From a virus, in IMG/VR virus record IMGVR_UViG_3300032315_000601, positions 6,181-70,180 of that record: a stretch of DNA of 64,000 nt; one strand, 5' to 3'. Position numbers and translations under genes: made by a program. The notes beneath the pieces are model-generated. The model was not told where the DNA came from. It worked only from the letters and a program-made list of their open reading frames with translations, and searched no databases. Position 1 is the first letter of the stretch; each line of letters starts with the position of its first letter. Positions 1 through 9,510 of this stretch are shown in pieces.

Positions 1-1
1 G

Positions 2-2062
2 TTGCTCGGCAGCGGCCATTTCTGCTCCGGGCGCACTTTGGGACTCTTGCTGTTCACGTAATTTTTGAACTTGTTTTACCCCGTTATTTACAATCTCACC
101 AAACTGTTGCAGAGATTTCCGTAGGGCTGCACCCGCTTCAGGGATAGTTGAATCCCTAGAAACTTCTTCAACATGGGTAGTAACATGGCCGTATAGGTTA
201 ACAAGGAAGTCAATAACTTGTTCAATCGGGGCCTGACCTGCTTCGACAATTTGAACTGTTTGACCTAGGGCGGCAAGGTGAACTTTGGCATGTTCCAAAT
301 GGTTCTCATTCGGGAGGACTTGAATCTGATTTCCAGAGCGCATGTCCCCATTCTCAAGTTCAGCAATCTTAATATCAATAACGGGCCGCGCCTCCGCATC
401 GGGGGCGGGGGTGTACCGATCTGCCAAATCGTAACCAAATCGTGCAGCAACGCGATCTCGTTGAGCGGCTTTGCGACCATATTCATCGAAACCGGGCATA
501 AGTTCCATCAACTCGTTAGTTGCTAGGAGTCGCGCAGCCTCAGAACCTGCGCCAATTGCCCGAACCGGACGTACGGAATTAATGTCAACAGCTAGGATAG
601 CCTCTACAGGAATACCTCGCAAAGCGCATCGATTGTAAAAATCTTGAACTTCGCGACCTCCCGGTTCGTCAGACATATACCCACCACGGACAAACCTGCG
701 GACCATTTCCTTGAGTACTCGGCTCCAAGGTTCGTAGAACAGGTTTAGTGAAGCGACTGAAAGCCGTGCTTGGCTGGCAAGGTTAGACTGCACCTCCAAC
801 TTTGTTTTATCTCGGGTATCCGATACTGCAGATGAGGAGTCATACCCCGCAGTTTTACTTTGCATTTGCGCAGAAAGATCCTGCAAAAACGGCATGGCCG
901 TCCTACTCACGTCAGGCATGGCGTTGGGGACAACGTTTATCATGTCTGGAGCTAGCACGGAGTAGGGGCCATAGTAAGTGAAGTTTAGATCTTCAAGTGC
1001 CTGTTCGTTCTGGGGTTGGAGCAGTAGCGTGGAACTCAGCATCGCCCCATCCGCCATCTGGCAGCGGAGGCGATTACTGAGTTGTACTTGGGGGAAAATT
1101 TTATACCCTAGTCCTCGAATTGAATGATAGTAGCCGTTGGTGCCAATGCCGTAGGGAAAGAAGACGAACGCGCTGTTGATATGCTCGTAAAGACTGCGTT
1201 TAACGCAAAGAAAGTCTTCCGACTCATTATTCTCCAAAGTCATGTAATAGGATACGGTGCCATCAAATTCTTTAACCCAAGCGTGGATAACTTTTACTTC
1301 TGAAGCGTTTGCAGTTCCTGTGAACAGATCGTTATTCTTCAACTCTACCTGCAATTTCTCCCACTCGGTAAACGTCCCTGTGGATCCGTTAGTGGCTTTG
1401 ATTAAGGCTTTACGAACTTCCTCCACGTTCCATCCCATGTCAGAAGCAGCTTCGGCGTCTTCAATAAAACGATAAAGCTGATGCGCTTGGTAGGACCTAA
1501 CGCATACGGCAACTTCAATCTCGTCTTCACAGGCAAGAGTCTTTCGGGGGATCAGGAAATCTCCAAACATTGAAACGCGCCAACGCCAGTCGATGCTGTC
1601 TTCCCAGTACGCAATACCCACTCCATGGGTGACAAAATACTGGCAGAGCAGAAGGTAGTTAAAGTTGAATTGCGGCCACGAACGAATAGCTCGGGTAAGC
1701 TCTTCAGCGATAACGTTTGAGTACTCCAAACGAGTTTTGGTGTCCCCGTAATCTGTTTTCAAAGACAGGAGATGCTCGACGGAGTGGATAATATCCACAT
1801 AACCAGCCATCGCACTTTCTTGAATAGTAGAAGCTTCATCAAAGTTTACGTTGCAACGATAAGACTGTCCGCTAGCCATGAGATCTGCATCGCTATACGG
1901 AGGTACTCCGTCAAACATAGCTTGAATCTCGGCACGATTTTTTGAAGACTTGTCATCCGCATCCCGCAACTTACGGTAAATTTCGTGTAAAGATTTAGAA
2001 TCTTTTACACGACTACGGGGCGCACCGCTTTCGGATACGTTTTGGAGAAGGGTGTCGTTCAT
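2..2062 (-). CDS. Probable portal protein (3' end beyond left edge, >687 aa)
   Basis: Not in the ORF track because it has no stop in the window. ATG at 2062 overlaps the upstream stop (ATGA). Reads MNDTLLQNVSESGAPRSRVKD...MFDGVPPY...NVNFDEA; both ends are in the same frame (...EMAAAEQ at the edge). Size and position downstream of terL fit a portal. Confidence 0.7.
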   Translation of the reverse strand, partial: MNDTLLQNVSESGAPRSRVKDSKSLHEIYRKLRDADDKSSKNRAEIQAMFDGVPPYSDADLMASGQSYRCNVNFDEASTIQESAMAGYVDIIHSVEHLLSLKTDYGDTKTRLEYSNVIAEELTRAIRSWPQFNFNYLLLCQYFVTHGVGIAYWEDSIDWRWRVSMFGDFLIPRKTLACEDEIEVAVCVRSYQAHQLYRFIEDAEAASDMGWNVEEVRKALIKATNGSTGTFTEWEKLQVELKNNDLFTGTANASEVKVIHAWVKEFDGTVSYYMTLENNESEDFLCVKRSLYEHINSAFVFFPYGIGTNGYYHSIRGLGYKIFPQVQLSNRLRCQMADGAMLSSTLLLQPQNEQALEDLNFTYYGPYSVLAPDMINVVPNAMPDVSRTAMPFLQDLSAQMQSKTAGYDSSSAVSDTRDKTKLEVQSNLASQARLSVASLNLFYEPWSRVLKEMVRRFVRGGYMSDEPGGREVQDFYNRCALRGIPVEAILAVDINSVRPVRAIGAGSEAARLLATNELMELMPGFDEYGRKAAQRDRVAARFGYDLADRYTPAPDAEARPVIDIKIAELENGDMRSGNQIQVLPNENHLEHAKVHLAALGQTVQIVEAGQAPIEQVIDFLVNLYGHVTTHVEEVSRDSTIPEAGAALRKSLQQFGEIVNNGVKQVQKLREQQESQSAPGAEMAAAEQ

Positions 2063-2949
2063 TCAGAGTCAGGGTTCCAATTATTCTTAAATTTCTTTAC
2101 TCGTCTATCTGTCGCAATTTTCTTTTTAGTGGTAGTTGACTTAACGGGTTTTACCACATCCCCACTAATGGGGGAAGAATTAGTTTTGACTTTATTACCA
2201 TCTAGCTCAGACAAAAGCAACCTTGCCAAGGAAAGATCTTTGCAGCCGTGAACCACAACTGCTTCGGGGAGGATAGGTTTGTTTGTGTGTAAATCCGGGT
2301 GGGGCATGTCAAAATTATCGCAGACAATCTCCCCATCTTCCCTACGGTAATTGCAAGTTTTCCAGTTATGTTGGATCAAAGGAGTATCGGTCAACCCTGC
2401 CTTGATGACCTCCCACTGAATCCAAACATCGAACGCCTGACCTTCTTCAAAACGCCACAAACTACAAAGTTCAGTGAAATTCTTGGGGTAGATTCCCGTA
2501 CCAGCCATGTGGTATCCTTTGGATACTAGTTTTTTATTCGGATCGGAGTAGTAGGTAGAGTGTTTGGCTCCCAAGAAAACGGCATGCGCTGCGACATACT
2601 CTTTTTGAAGAGCGTCTAACCAGCCTTTTTTAAGGGGTGTGTTGTCGAGTTCGAACCAATACCAAGGTTGGTCAATAATTCCGTTTGTGTACAAATAAGA
2701 AACCGTGTTGCGAAAGTATGCGTTAGGTCCTAGCGGCCAACCTTTCGCCAAACACTGAAAAACGTAAGTGGAAGTATCCCTAAATTGACTTTTTAATTTT
2801 GCGTGGAGTTCGTTAACCAAAGGTCCGCAATCTGTAGAACCCACGACAAGTAAATCGTGATTGGCGCAACTTCCTAATTTGTTGATTAGTTCCGAAATTG
2901 GGTCGACCATCTGTTCGTCAGCCTCGCTGACAGGAATGATTACAAGCAT
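2059..2949 (-). CDS. Hypothetical protein, glycosyltransferase (GT-A)-like
   Basis: 296 aa; N-terminal VIIPV strand, WYWFELDNTPLKKGWLD acidic motif, GTGIYP, AFDVW, late VVHGCK. Confidence 0.45.
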   Translation of the reverse strand: MLVIIPVSEADEQMVDPISELINKLGSCANHDLLVVGSTDCGPLVNELHAKLKSQFRDTSTYVFQCLAKGWPLGPNAYFRNTVSYLYTNGIIDQPWYWFELDNTPLKKGWLDALQKEYVAAHAVFLGAKHSTYYSDPNKKLVSKGYHMAGTGIYPKNFTELCSLWRFEEGQAFDVWIQWEVIKAGLTDTPLIQHNWKTCNYRREDGEIVCDNFDMPHPDLHTNKPILPEAVVVHGCKDLSLARLLLSELDGNKVKTNSSPISGDVVKPVKSTTTKKKIATDRRVKKFKNNWNPDSE

Positions 2950-2998
2950 GTGATTTTTGGGTTCGGTAAGTCCCTACAGCGATGGTTTATTCGCCAAA

Positions 2999-4747
2999 TT
3001 AACTTCCGTAAGCAAGTGTTTTACTAGCTTTTTTGATCAGGTCAACTTTTTTAAACCACTTTTTATAGCCTATATTCTGTTGATACGGATCATCGGCAAT
3101 TTTGTCGACTGCAGTTAAATTGTGCCTCGTTCGACACAGTTCGACCAAGATAAAAGCGGCATCTGAAATGTCTGGCGATTTGCCAATTCGGGACTTCATA
3201 TCCGATTTAGTTTCGACTCGTATCCGCATGCTCAAACCTTTTTCCGTGGTGTATTGACGCTCGGTCATTTCTCGAACTAGCTCCCGGCACACTCCGAATA
3301 GCTGTTTATTCCGTATTAGCTCCTTACCCGTCCACCATAACTCCGATACTCTGTTTGCATACCTTTCATGGCCCGGTACCCTGTCCGTCAGGGAGACGGG
3401 TTTTTCACTAGCCCTACCCCCAAACTGCACTCGGAGCACTTTACGGGACCAGAGTGCATCTACCACGTCACCGAAGGGGGCACCGCCTCCACTGGCATCG
3501 TAAGCGGCATTCTGGGGAGTTACGCCCCAAGCTTCGCACTTATCTTTAAATTGTCGGGCAATTTGAAAAGCTCTTGGCTCCTCTTTATTGGTAACGTCCT
3601 CCCGAAGCTCTTCGTAGTGGTCTAGACACATTACTCTTCGTCCAGTGGTATCAATCCCGACAAACCCAAAATACAGAATGCTGCGGTCGCCATTAGCACT
3701 AAAAGAAGGGTCAAGAGCGGCTACTTTAGTTGGCTTGTCGATCCATTCGACCCGCTTGTCGGCTCCGTATTTGATGATGTCGGATTCGCTATAGATAGAA
3801 GTGTCCGAACCTGTCGGACACCAAAACCCTCGGTACATCCTCCAGTAGCCGGGACTGGTTTCTCCCAGTTTACTTGCACTTTCTGCAAGGTTTTGTGGAG
3901 TAATCATCCAAGGATATATCACGTGTCCTGCAATAATATTGGGCGACTTGTGCGCATCAAAGTGTAGGCAGTGGCCACGCTCCGTCTCCCACTCTTCATC
4001 TTCCACGGTAATCGAGCCCCACCCACCTATGGGAGTAGCGAACTGACCGAAGGGGTCGTAATAACTGGCGGGGTTGCCGATGCCGATGAGTTGGAAAAAC
4101 GGGTTATTGGACAGGTTGGTGTATGCGGCTTCGAGAATTGACTCGCCTAGTTCGGGCAACTCGTCTGCGATAAAAATCACCCTCTGCTGTTTAATACCTA
4201 CCAATTTACCTACGGCTTCGCGTTCTTTTTTACGTTCGGCAGCTACGAGGGCGATGCCGCAACGATCGCCATACTTGGTGTCGGTGCCGTCATCCATGCG
4301 GATCATGCCTACGGAGTCGACTAGCTTCCCCGGCAGCCCCGGAACCGCTCGCCATAGGTCGGTGATTGCGCCCCAAATACGTTTCCGCGACTCTTTTAAA
4401 CTTGTTGAAGTAACGATAACCAGCGTAGCCCAAGGTTTCATGAGGAAATTCACGATAGCCCACAATGCGTACGCTTGGGATTTGCCGCTACTGGCGCAAC
4501 CAGCTACCGCCAAGTACTTGTGCTCAAAAGCGGCCTCAATCATACGCTCCAGCCAAGGCGTCCACTCGATCGGCATCTTGGAATCGGGATGGTTCCAGAG
4601 TAAATCCACTACTTGTTTAAAGTGAAAAAGTTTCCCCGGTGACTGGGGAGGAGGGTCGTTTAGGCAACTCAGTTCCAAGGTCACCAAAGTAATATCGGCG
4701 GGGAATTCCCGTCCGTAAACCATCACCGTTTTACTTTTTGCAGCCAT
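2999..4747 (-). CDS. terL: Terminase large subunit
   Basis: Walker A GCASSGKS, Walker B FIADE, GNP coupling motif, RNase H-like ALDPS, C-terminal KSPDISDA; ATG 4747 chosen. Confidence 0.92.
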   Translation of the reverse strand: MAAKSKTVMVYGREFPADITLVTLELSCLNDPPPQSPGKLFHFKQVVDLLWNHPDSKMPIEWTPWLERMIEAAFEHKYLAVAGCASSGKSQAYALWAIVNFLMKPWATLVIVTSTSLKESRKRIWGAITDLWRAVPGLPGKLVDSVGMIRMDDGTDTKYGDRCGIALVAAERKKEREAVGKLVGIKQQRVIFIADELPELGESILEAAYTNLSNNPFFQLIGIGNPASYYDPFGQFATPIGGWGSITVEDEEWETERGHCLHFDAHKSPNIIAGHVIYPWMITPQNLAESASKLGETSPGYWRMYRGFWCPTGSDTSIYSESDIIKYGADKRVEWIDKPTKVAALDPSFSANGDRSILYFGFVGIDTTGRRVMCLDHYEELREDVTNKEEPRAFQIARQFKDKCEAWGVTPQNAAYDASGGGAPFGDVVDALWSRKVLRVQFGGRASEKPVSLTDRVPGHERYANRVSELWWTGKELIRNKQLFGVCRELVREMTERQYTTEKGLSMRIRVETKSDMKSRIGKSPDISDAAFILVELCRTRHNLTAVDKIADDPYQQNIGYKKWFKKVDLIKKASKTLAYGS

Positions 4748-4758
4748 CGTTAAAAAAG

Positions 4759-4790
4759 TTTTTGACAAGATTGGCCGGAGAAGTCAAGGT
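4759..4790. promoter_or_regulatory. Candidate overlapping divergent sigma70-type promoters (terL / integrase)
   Basis: TTGACA at 4762 (+) and TTGACT at 4787 (-) form TTGAC-N16-GTCAA; the -10 boxes are weak (CAAGGT, CAAAAA). Confidence 0.4.
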
Positions 4791-4812
4791 AGCCACACAC
4801 AACTTTAAACAC

Positions 4813-5955
4813 ATGAAGCAGACTCAAACACTGAACTGGCCGCGTGTCCACAAATCGCGCTACGGCAAAATCACTATCTACCGTCAAGTTAAAGACGGTG
4901 GTAACATGTTCACCATCTCGTGGTACGTAGGGGACAAACGGGTTCGGGAGACTACCACGGATCAACTCGATGCGGAAGCGCGAGCGAGGGAAATTATGAC
5001 ACTGTTCCGAGAGGGCAACCCGCCAAGGGAACCTCGTAAACGCGAAGCTGTGTCCAAAAAAAGTTGGGATCATGTTGTAGGGGACGTGCCGATAGAGGAG
5101 GTAGTCAAGTACTACGCTCAAACCCACAATTTGCTGCCGTCAATTACGGTTCAGAAAGTATGTCAGGGGTACTTAGCGGTCAAGGTCAATTCTGGCATAG
5201 GGTCAAGATACCGACAAACTTTGCAACAACATTTGAATAAATTTTCAACTAAATACGGAGATACCAACATTAGCGCAGTAACCTCTGCGGAGCTAAACGA
5301 CTATCTGTTGAACATGGTCGATTTGAGAACAAGGTTTAATCATCGAGCAAGTCTTCGTGGATTGTTCAAATGGGCTAAGAATCAGAACTACATCCATAAA
5401 TCCTGCGTTGAAGAAACGGAACTGCCGAAATTTAAGAACAAAAGTCCTGACCTGTTTACTGCGGATGAACTGGCTAAGTTGGTAGCCGTAGCCGATGAAC
5501 GATCCCTGCCCATGCTTATTGCGGGGGCGTATGCGGGTGTCCGGATGTCAGAGATTGAACGGCTAAAATGGAGTGACATTAACTGGGAGGAACGAGCTTT
5601 TATCCTTGGGCCGGAATTGACGAAGACCAACCGTGGTAGGGTGGCTTACTTTCCCAAATGTGTGGAAGAAACCCTACGGAAACTCGCAGTTACGGCCAGA
5701 CTGAGGGACTGCACTAAATTCTTGCAAGACACCTGTTCAGATCACATTTCAAAGCTGGTGAAAGATAGCAGGGTAGTGTGGAGAAAAAATGGATTGCGTA
5801 AAACTTTCATTTCATGTCAAATCTCCCTGACACGGAACGCAGCAGAAGTAGCGGAACAGTGTGGAAATTCACCTACAGTTATTCAACAAAACTACAAAGG
5901 TCTCGTAACTAAAGTCGAAGCCGAAACATGGTTCAACGTACTTGCATCAACTTAA
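4813..5955 (+). CDS. int: Tyrosine recombinase/integrase
   Basis: GVRMSEI (R), TKTNR (K), NGLRKTF (variant HxxR), GNS, NYK (Y); core-binding domain; ATG 4813 after an A-rich leader. Confidence 0.9.
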   Translation: MKQTQTLNWPRVHKSRYGKITIYRQVKDGGNMFTISWYVGDKRVRETTTDQLDAEARAREIMTLFREGNPPREPRKREAVSKKSWDHVVGDVPIEEVVKYYAQTHNLLPSITVQKVCQGYLAVKVNSGIGSRYRQTLQQHLNKFSTKYGDTNISAVTSAELNDYLLNMVDLRTRFNHRASLRGLFKWAKNQNYIHKSCVEETELPKFKNKSPDLFTADELAKLVAVADERSLPMLIAGAYAGVRMSEIERLKWSDINWEERAFILGPELTKTNRGRVAYFPKCVEETLRKLAVTARLRDCTKFLQDTCSDHISKLVKDSRVVWRKNGLRKTFISCQISLTRNAAEVAEQCGNSPTVIQQNYKGLVTKVEAETWFNVLAST

Positions 5956-5961
5956 AACAAA

Positions 5962-6183
5962 ATGGCTAATGGAACCCTCTCCTTTCAACTCCCCGAAGAA
6001 CGACCGGAATTTGATCTGGCATGTAAAGCAAGGGATCTTCTTGTTGTTCTTGATACCTTTGATAGCCATCTTCGTTCTCATCTTCGCCATTCTACTGATC
6101 CCGATTGGGATACAGCTACTGTGGAAAAGCTTTACGAGCTTCTTAACCAGATGAAAACCGAATACTGCCTCCATATCGACTAA
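5962..6183 (+). CDS. Hypothetical phage protein
   Basis: 73 aa, tightly packed between int and RuvC. Confidence 0.75.
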   Translation: MANGTLSFQLPEERPEFDLACKARDLLVVLDTFDSHLRSHLRHSTDPDWDTATVEKLYELLNQMKTEYCLHID

Positions 6184-6187
6184 ACCG

Positions 6188-6643
6188 ATGATTATCATAG
6201 CAATTGATCCGGGAAAATCTGGAGCCTTCGTAGCAGGGCAAACTCTCGACGATCCGCACTGTTTTAACATGCCGGATACGCTTGGCGACATGGTCGAGCT
6301 TTTCCGAAAACTTGTTAAAGTCGCAGATTGTGTGGTTTATCTCGAAAAAGTGGGTGGCTATATCGGAGGGAGAGGTGCTCCGGGATCCGCTATGTTTAAC
6401 TTCGGTCAAAATTACGGACATCTTGAGGCTATACCCCATGCAATGGGTGTTGAAATAAGACACGTTACACCACAAAAATGGCAGAAAGCGTTGGGGCTCG
6501 GTACATCTAACGGACGTTCTAAAACAGAGTGGAAAAATCACTTGAAAGCAAAAGCTCAAATGCTTTATCCGAACAAAAAAGTAACATTGGCTAGTGCAGA
6601 TGCCTTGTTAATTTACCACGCAGCTAAGCGTGGACTTATCTAA
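6188..6643 (+). CDS. RuvC-like Holliday junction resolvase
   Basis: IAIDPGKSGA, VYLEKV, SAMFNFG, VTPQKWQK, ADALLI. Confidence 0.88.
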   Translation: MIIIAIDPGKSGAFVAGQTLDDPHCFNMPDTLGDMVELFRKLVKVADCVVYLEKVGGYIGGRGAPGSAMFNFGQNYGHLEAIPHAMGVEIRHVTPQKWQKALGLGTSNGRSKTEWKNHLKAKAQMLYPNKKVTLASADALLIYHAAKRGLI

Positions 6644-6651
6644 ATTTTACA

Positions 6652-6737
6652 TATGGGAGAACAGGCGGACATTATTAAAAGGTTTAAGGGAGCCTTGCGC
6701 AATGTTGACAGCTTGCCCTGTGTAGCGACCTCCCATA
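6652..6737 (+). ncRNA. Candidate long imperfect hairpin RNA
   Basis: Nested pairings TATGGGAG/CTCCCATA, ACAGG/CCTGT, GACATT/AATGTT, AAGGTT/AGCCTT in an intergenic gap. Confidence 0.45.
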
Positions 6738-6787
6738 CCTTGGGGGACCCGTTAAAGGTCTTGGTGTGAGGGGTCGCATTTTTTACT

Positions 6788-7057
6788 ATGGCTATTAACG
6801 ACCTAAGTCAGGCAGGAAAAGGCGACTCTCCCCGTCCAGTAAACGGGGACGAGTATCGCAAAAACTACGATTCTATCTTCCGTAAGAAGTATCCGGATTG
6901 GATTTGCAATTCTTGTGGGAAGCTCCACGGGAAGAGACCCGAGGGCAATCCCTACGGAGCTACCTACCATATCGATGAGTGTGGCATTTGCGGTGAGGTA
7001 TGCGAAGTCACAGAATGTCGTGACTTTGGCCATCTCAAAGAAGGTTGGAACCGCTGA
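6788..7057 (+). CDS. Small Zn-finger phage protein
   Basis: GKGDSPRP..YRKNYDSIF N-terminus; CNSC and CGIC pairs. Confidence 0.7.
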   Translation: MAINDLSQAGKGDSPRPVNGDEYRKNYDSIFRKKYPDWICNSCGKLHGKRPEGNPYGATYHIDECGICGEVCEVTECRDFGHLKEGWNR

Positions 7058-9486
7058 AAACTCTCTACCCAGTCCAAGCAACGCATGTGCAAAAAATCTG
7101 CACGGCTTTACTGCGTAACAACGCCGCGCTTGACTCCAGCGACACGGGCACGGGTAAGACTGTATGCGCTGTAGAGGCTACCAAGACTCTTGGTAAGAAA
7201 GCCTTCGTTATTTGCCCGAAGATCGTGATTCCTTCGTGGGAAAAAACTTTGGCTGAACAAGGTGCTTCAGTGATCGGTATCGTTAACTACGAAAAACTGC
7301 GCACGGGTCGCACACGATTTGGCCATTGGGCAGCAAAGAACTTCACGTTCACAATACCGGACGATGCACTAATCATCTGGGACGAGGTTCATCGTTGCCA
7401 AGGACTCTGGAGTAAAAACGCCAAAATGCTGATCTCGGCAAAGAAGTGGACGAACCTCATGCTCTCGGCATCGGCTTGCGAAGATCCAACCGAGATGAGG
7501 GCCAGCGGGTTTGTGCTAGGGCTGCACAGCCTTTCAAACTTTTTTAACTGGGCCAAAGCTCGGGGCTGCTACGTAAATCCGTGGGGTGCGCTGGAGTTCA
7601 AGCAAAACGAGCGGTGGGCACTGGACAGCATTAACCAAGAACTTTACCCAGCGCGGGGCGATCGTATGACGCGAGCCGACCTCAAAGATTTTTTCAAAAA
7701 CACACGCATTATCACCGACCCGTTGGACTTTGGGGACAAGGGTCAGATTCAAAAAATTTATGACGAAATGGACCAAGAACTCTCAGCCCTCGAACAAAAA
7801 GCCAAGGGAGACAGCAAAAACAAAGCCGCACAAAAACTTGTTGCTCAACTCCGAGCTAGACAAGGAATCGAACTTGCAAAAGTACCAGCAACGGTTGAAA
7901 TCATCGAAGACGAAATCCAAGGGGGCAATTCGGTGGCCGTCTTCCTCAACTTTGATGCTACGCTTGAAGCGATTGGGCAACGGCTCAAAGTCCCCTACGA
8001 AGTCATCAAAGGCGGTCAAAAAGCGGAAGCCAGAGAAAAAGCGGTGGGTAACTTTTGCGCAGACAGAACACACGTTATCCTATGCAACATCGCCGCTGGA
8101 GGACTGGGAGTTTCGCTCCACGATGTCAATGGGGTTCGTCCCCGCACGGCCCTTATTTCACCAACGTACAACGCCAAAGACATGCTCCAAACCATCGGAC
8201 GAGTTGATCGAGCAGGAGCCCAAAGCGACAGCGTCCAACGGATCCTCTTCGCGGCGGGTACGGTCGAAGAGAAAGTTGAAACGAGCGTTCGAGCTAAATT
8301 AAAAAATATTTCGGATCTGCACGAAAAAGATTTGACCGAACCGGAAACACCAAGTATCAATGTCCCACACATGAATGAGAAACCGACACAAACGGTAGAG
8401 AAACTTCACGCCGAGCACGGGCCTTCGAGCCTCAAATACAAGGAGATTTGTCCTAGCTGGCGCAACCGCGAAGGCAAGAACTGGGCCTCCGAAAAGGGTG
8501 ATCGCATTCACGAAGCGATGGAGTTCGATGACCCGTCCAAATGCGCCAACGACGAAGAACGATCCATCTACGAGTTGCTCCAAGGTTACGTAGCCCAAAT
8601 TTGCAAGGGCAGGCAGGTGACGAAAGATTTTCGCGAGGTCAAGGTCCAAATCGATCTGGGGGCGGGTCGTAATACTTTCGGCACCTGTGATCGGTTTATC
8701 ACGTACGCCAATGGCGTGGCGGACGCGATCGATTACAAGACCGGATTCGGCGCAATCGATGACGCCGAGATCAATATCCAAGGTCAGGCTTACGTGCTGG
8801 GACTGTTCCAAAAATTTACTGATATTCAAGAAATCACCATGTATTTTCTCGTGCCAGCGCGGGACGAGGTATCAATGCACACGTACAAAAGAAGTGATAT
8901 GGGTGGTATCAAACTACGTGTGTCAACAGTCATCGAACGTGCCCAACTGGGTGAGGTGTTTAATCCGCAAGCTGGAGTTTGCGATTATTGTGGCAATCAG
9001 GCACGATGCACCGCGCTGGCCGAGAAAGCTCTTCTCATTGCGAAACGATACGACACGGAAGGTCTGGTGATTCCGGACTCGGTTCGTGGTTCCGAACAAG
9101 ACGATCCTGAAAAAGTTTCCGATCTACTAACCTTAGTCCCCATCATTGAATCGTGGGCGACCGGAGTCCGTAAACGGGCTACTGAAATGGCCGTGGATCA
9201 AGGTTTAGAGCTTCCGGGGTTCAAGGTCATCGAGATGACCAAGCCAAGAACAATTACAAGTGCGCTAGGTGCGTACGAGGCCGTTAAGGATAGCGTAGAT
9301 TTGCGTGACTTCCTTTCTGCCGTCGACAAGGTCTCCGTGACCAAGTTGGAAGACATTTTTGCCCAGAAAGCCGCTCGCGGCACAAAGGCGAAAACTCGCG
9401 CTGCCCTCGAAGGGAAGTTGCGGGATTTAGGAGTCCTTCAAGATGAAGGGGTTTCCTATCAACTAAGAAAAAATAAAAACCAATAA
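7045..9486 (+). CDS. SF2 (SNF2-like) helicase fused in frame to a Cas4/DUF2800-like PD-(D/E)XK nuclease
   Basis: Helicase: DTGTGKT, WDEVH, LSAS, QTIGRVDR. Nuclease: ICP, GDRIHE, GTCD, DYKTG, QGQAY, CDYC-x5-C. Internal in-frame ATG at 8371. Confidence 0.85.
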   Translation: MEPLKTLYPVQATHVQKICTALLRNNAALDSSDTGTGKTVCAVEATKTLGKKAFVICPKIVIPSWEKTLAEQGASVIGIVNYEKLRTGRTRFGHWAAKNFTFTIPDDALIIWDEVHRCQGLWSKNAKMLISAKKWTNLMLSASACEDPTEMRASGFVLGLHSLSNFFNWAKARGCYVNPWGALEFKQNERWALDSINQELYPARGDRMTRADLKDFFKNTRIITDPLDFGDKGQIQKIYDEMDQELSALEQKAKGDSKNKAAQKLVAQLRARQGIELAKVPATVEIIEDEIQGGNSVAVFLNFDATLEAIGQRLKVPYEVIKGGQKAEAREKAVGNFCADRTHVILCNIAAGGLGVSLHDVNGVRPRTALISPTYNAKDMLQTIGRVDRAGAQSDSVQRILFAAGTVEEKVETSVRAKLKNISDLHEKDLTEPETPSINVPHMNEKPTQTVEKLHAEHGPSSLKYKEICPSWRNREGKNWASEKGDRIHEAMEFDDPSKCANDEERSIYELLQGYVAQICKGRQVTKDFREVKVQIDLGAGRNTFGTCDRFITYANGVADAIDYKTGFGAIDDAEINIQGQAYVLGLFQKFTDIQEITMYFLVPARDEVSMHTYKRSDMGGIKLRVSTVIERAQLGEVFNPQAGVCDYCGNQARCTALAEKALLIAKRYDTEGLVIPDSVRGSEQDDPEKVSDLLTLVPIIESWATGVRKRATEMAVDQGLELPGFKVIEMTKPRTITSALGAYEAVKDSVDLRDFLSAVDKVSVTKLEDIFAQKAARGTKAKTRAALEGKLRDLGVLQDEGVSYQLRKNKNQ

Positions 9487-9510
9487 ACCATTAGAAACCA
9501 AGTAAACCAT

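Noticed and set aside
265-1475. Small ORFs listed in the track
   Set aside because: They lie within the long minus-strand portal frame that the track missed
8371-9486. cas4 as part of a CRISPR-Cas system
   Set aside because: No other cas gene or array; this nuclease family is standard in phage replication modules
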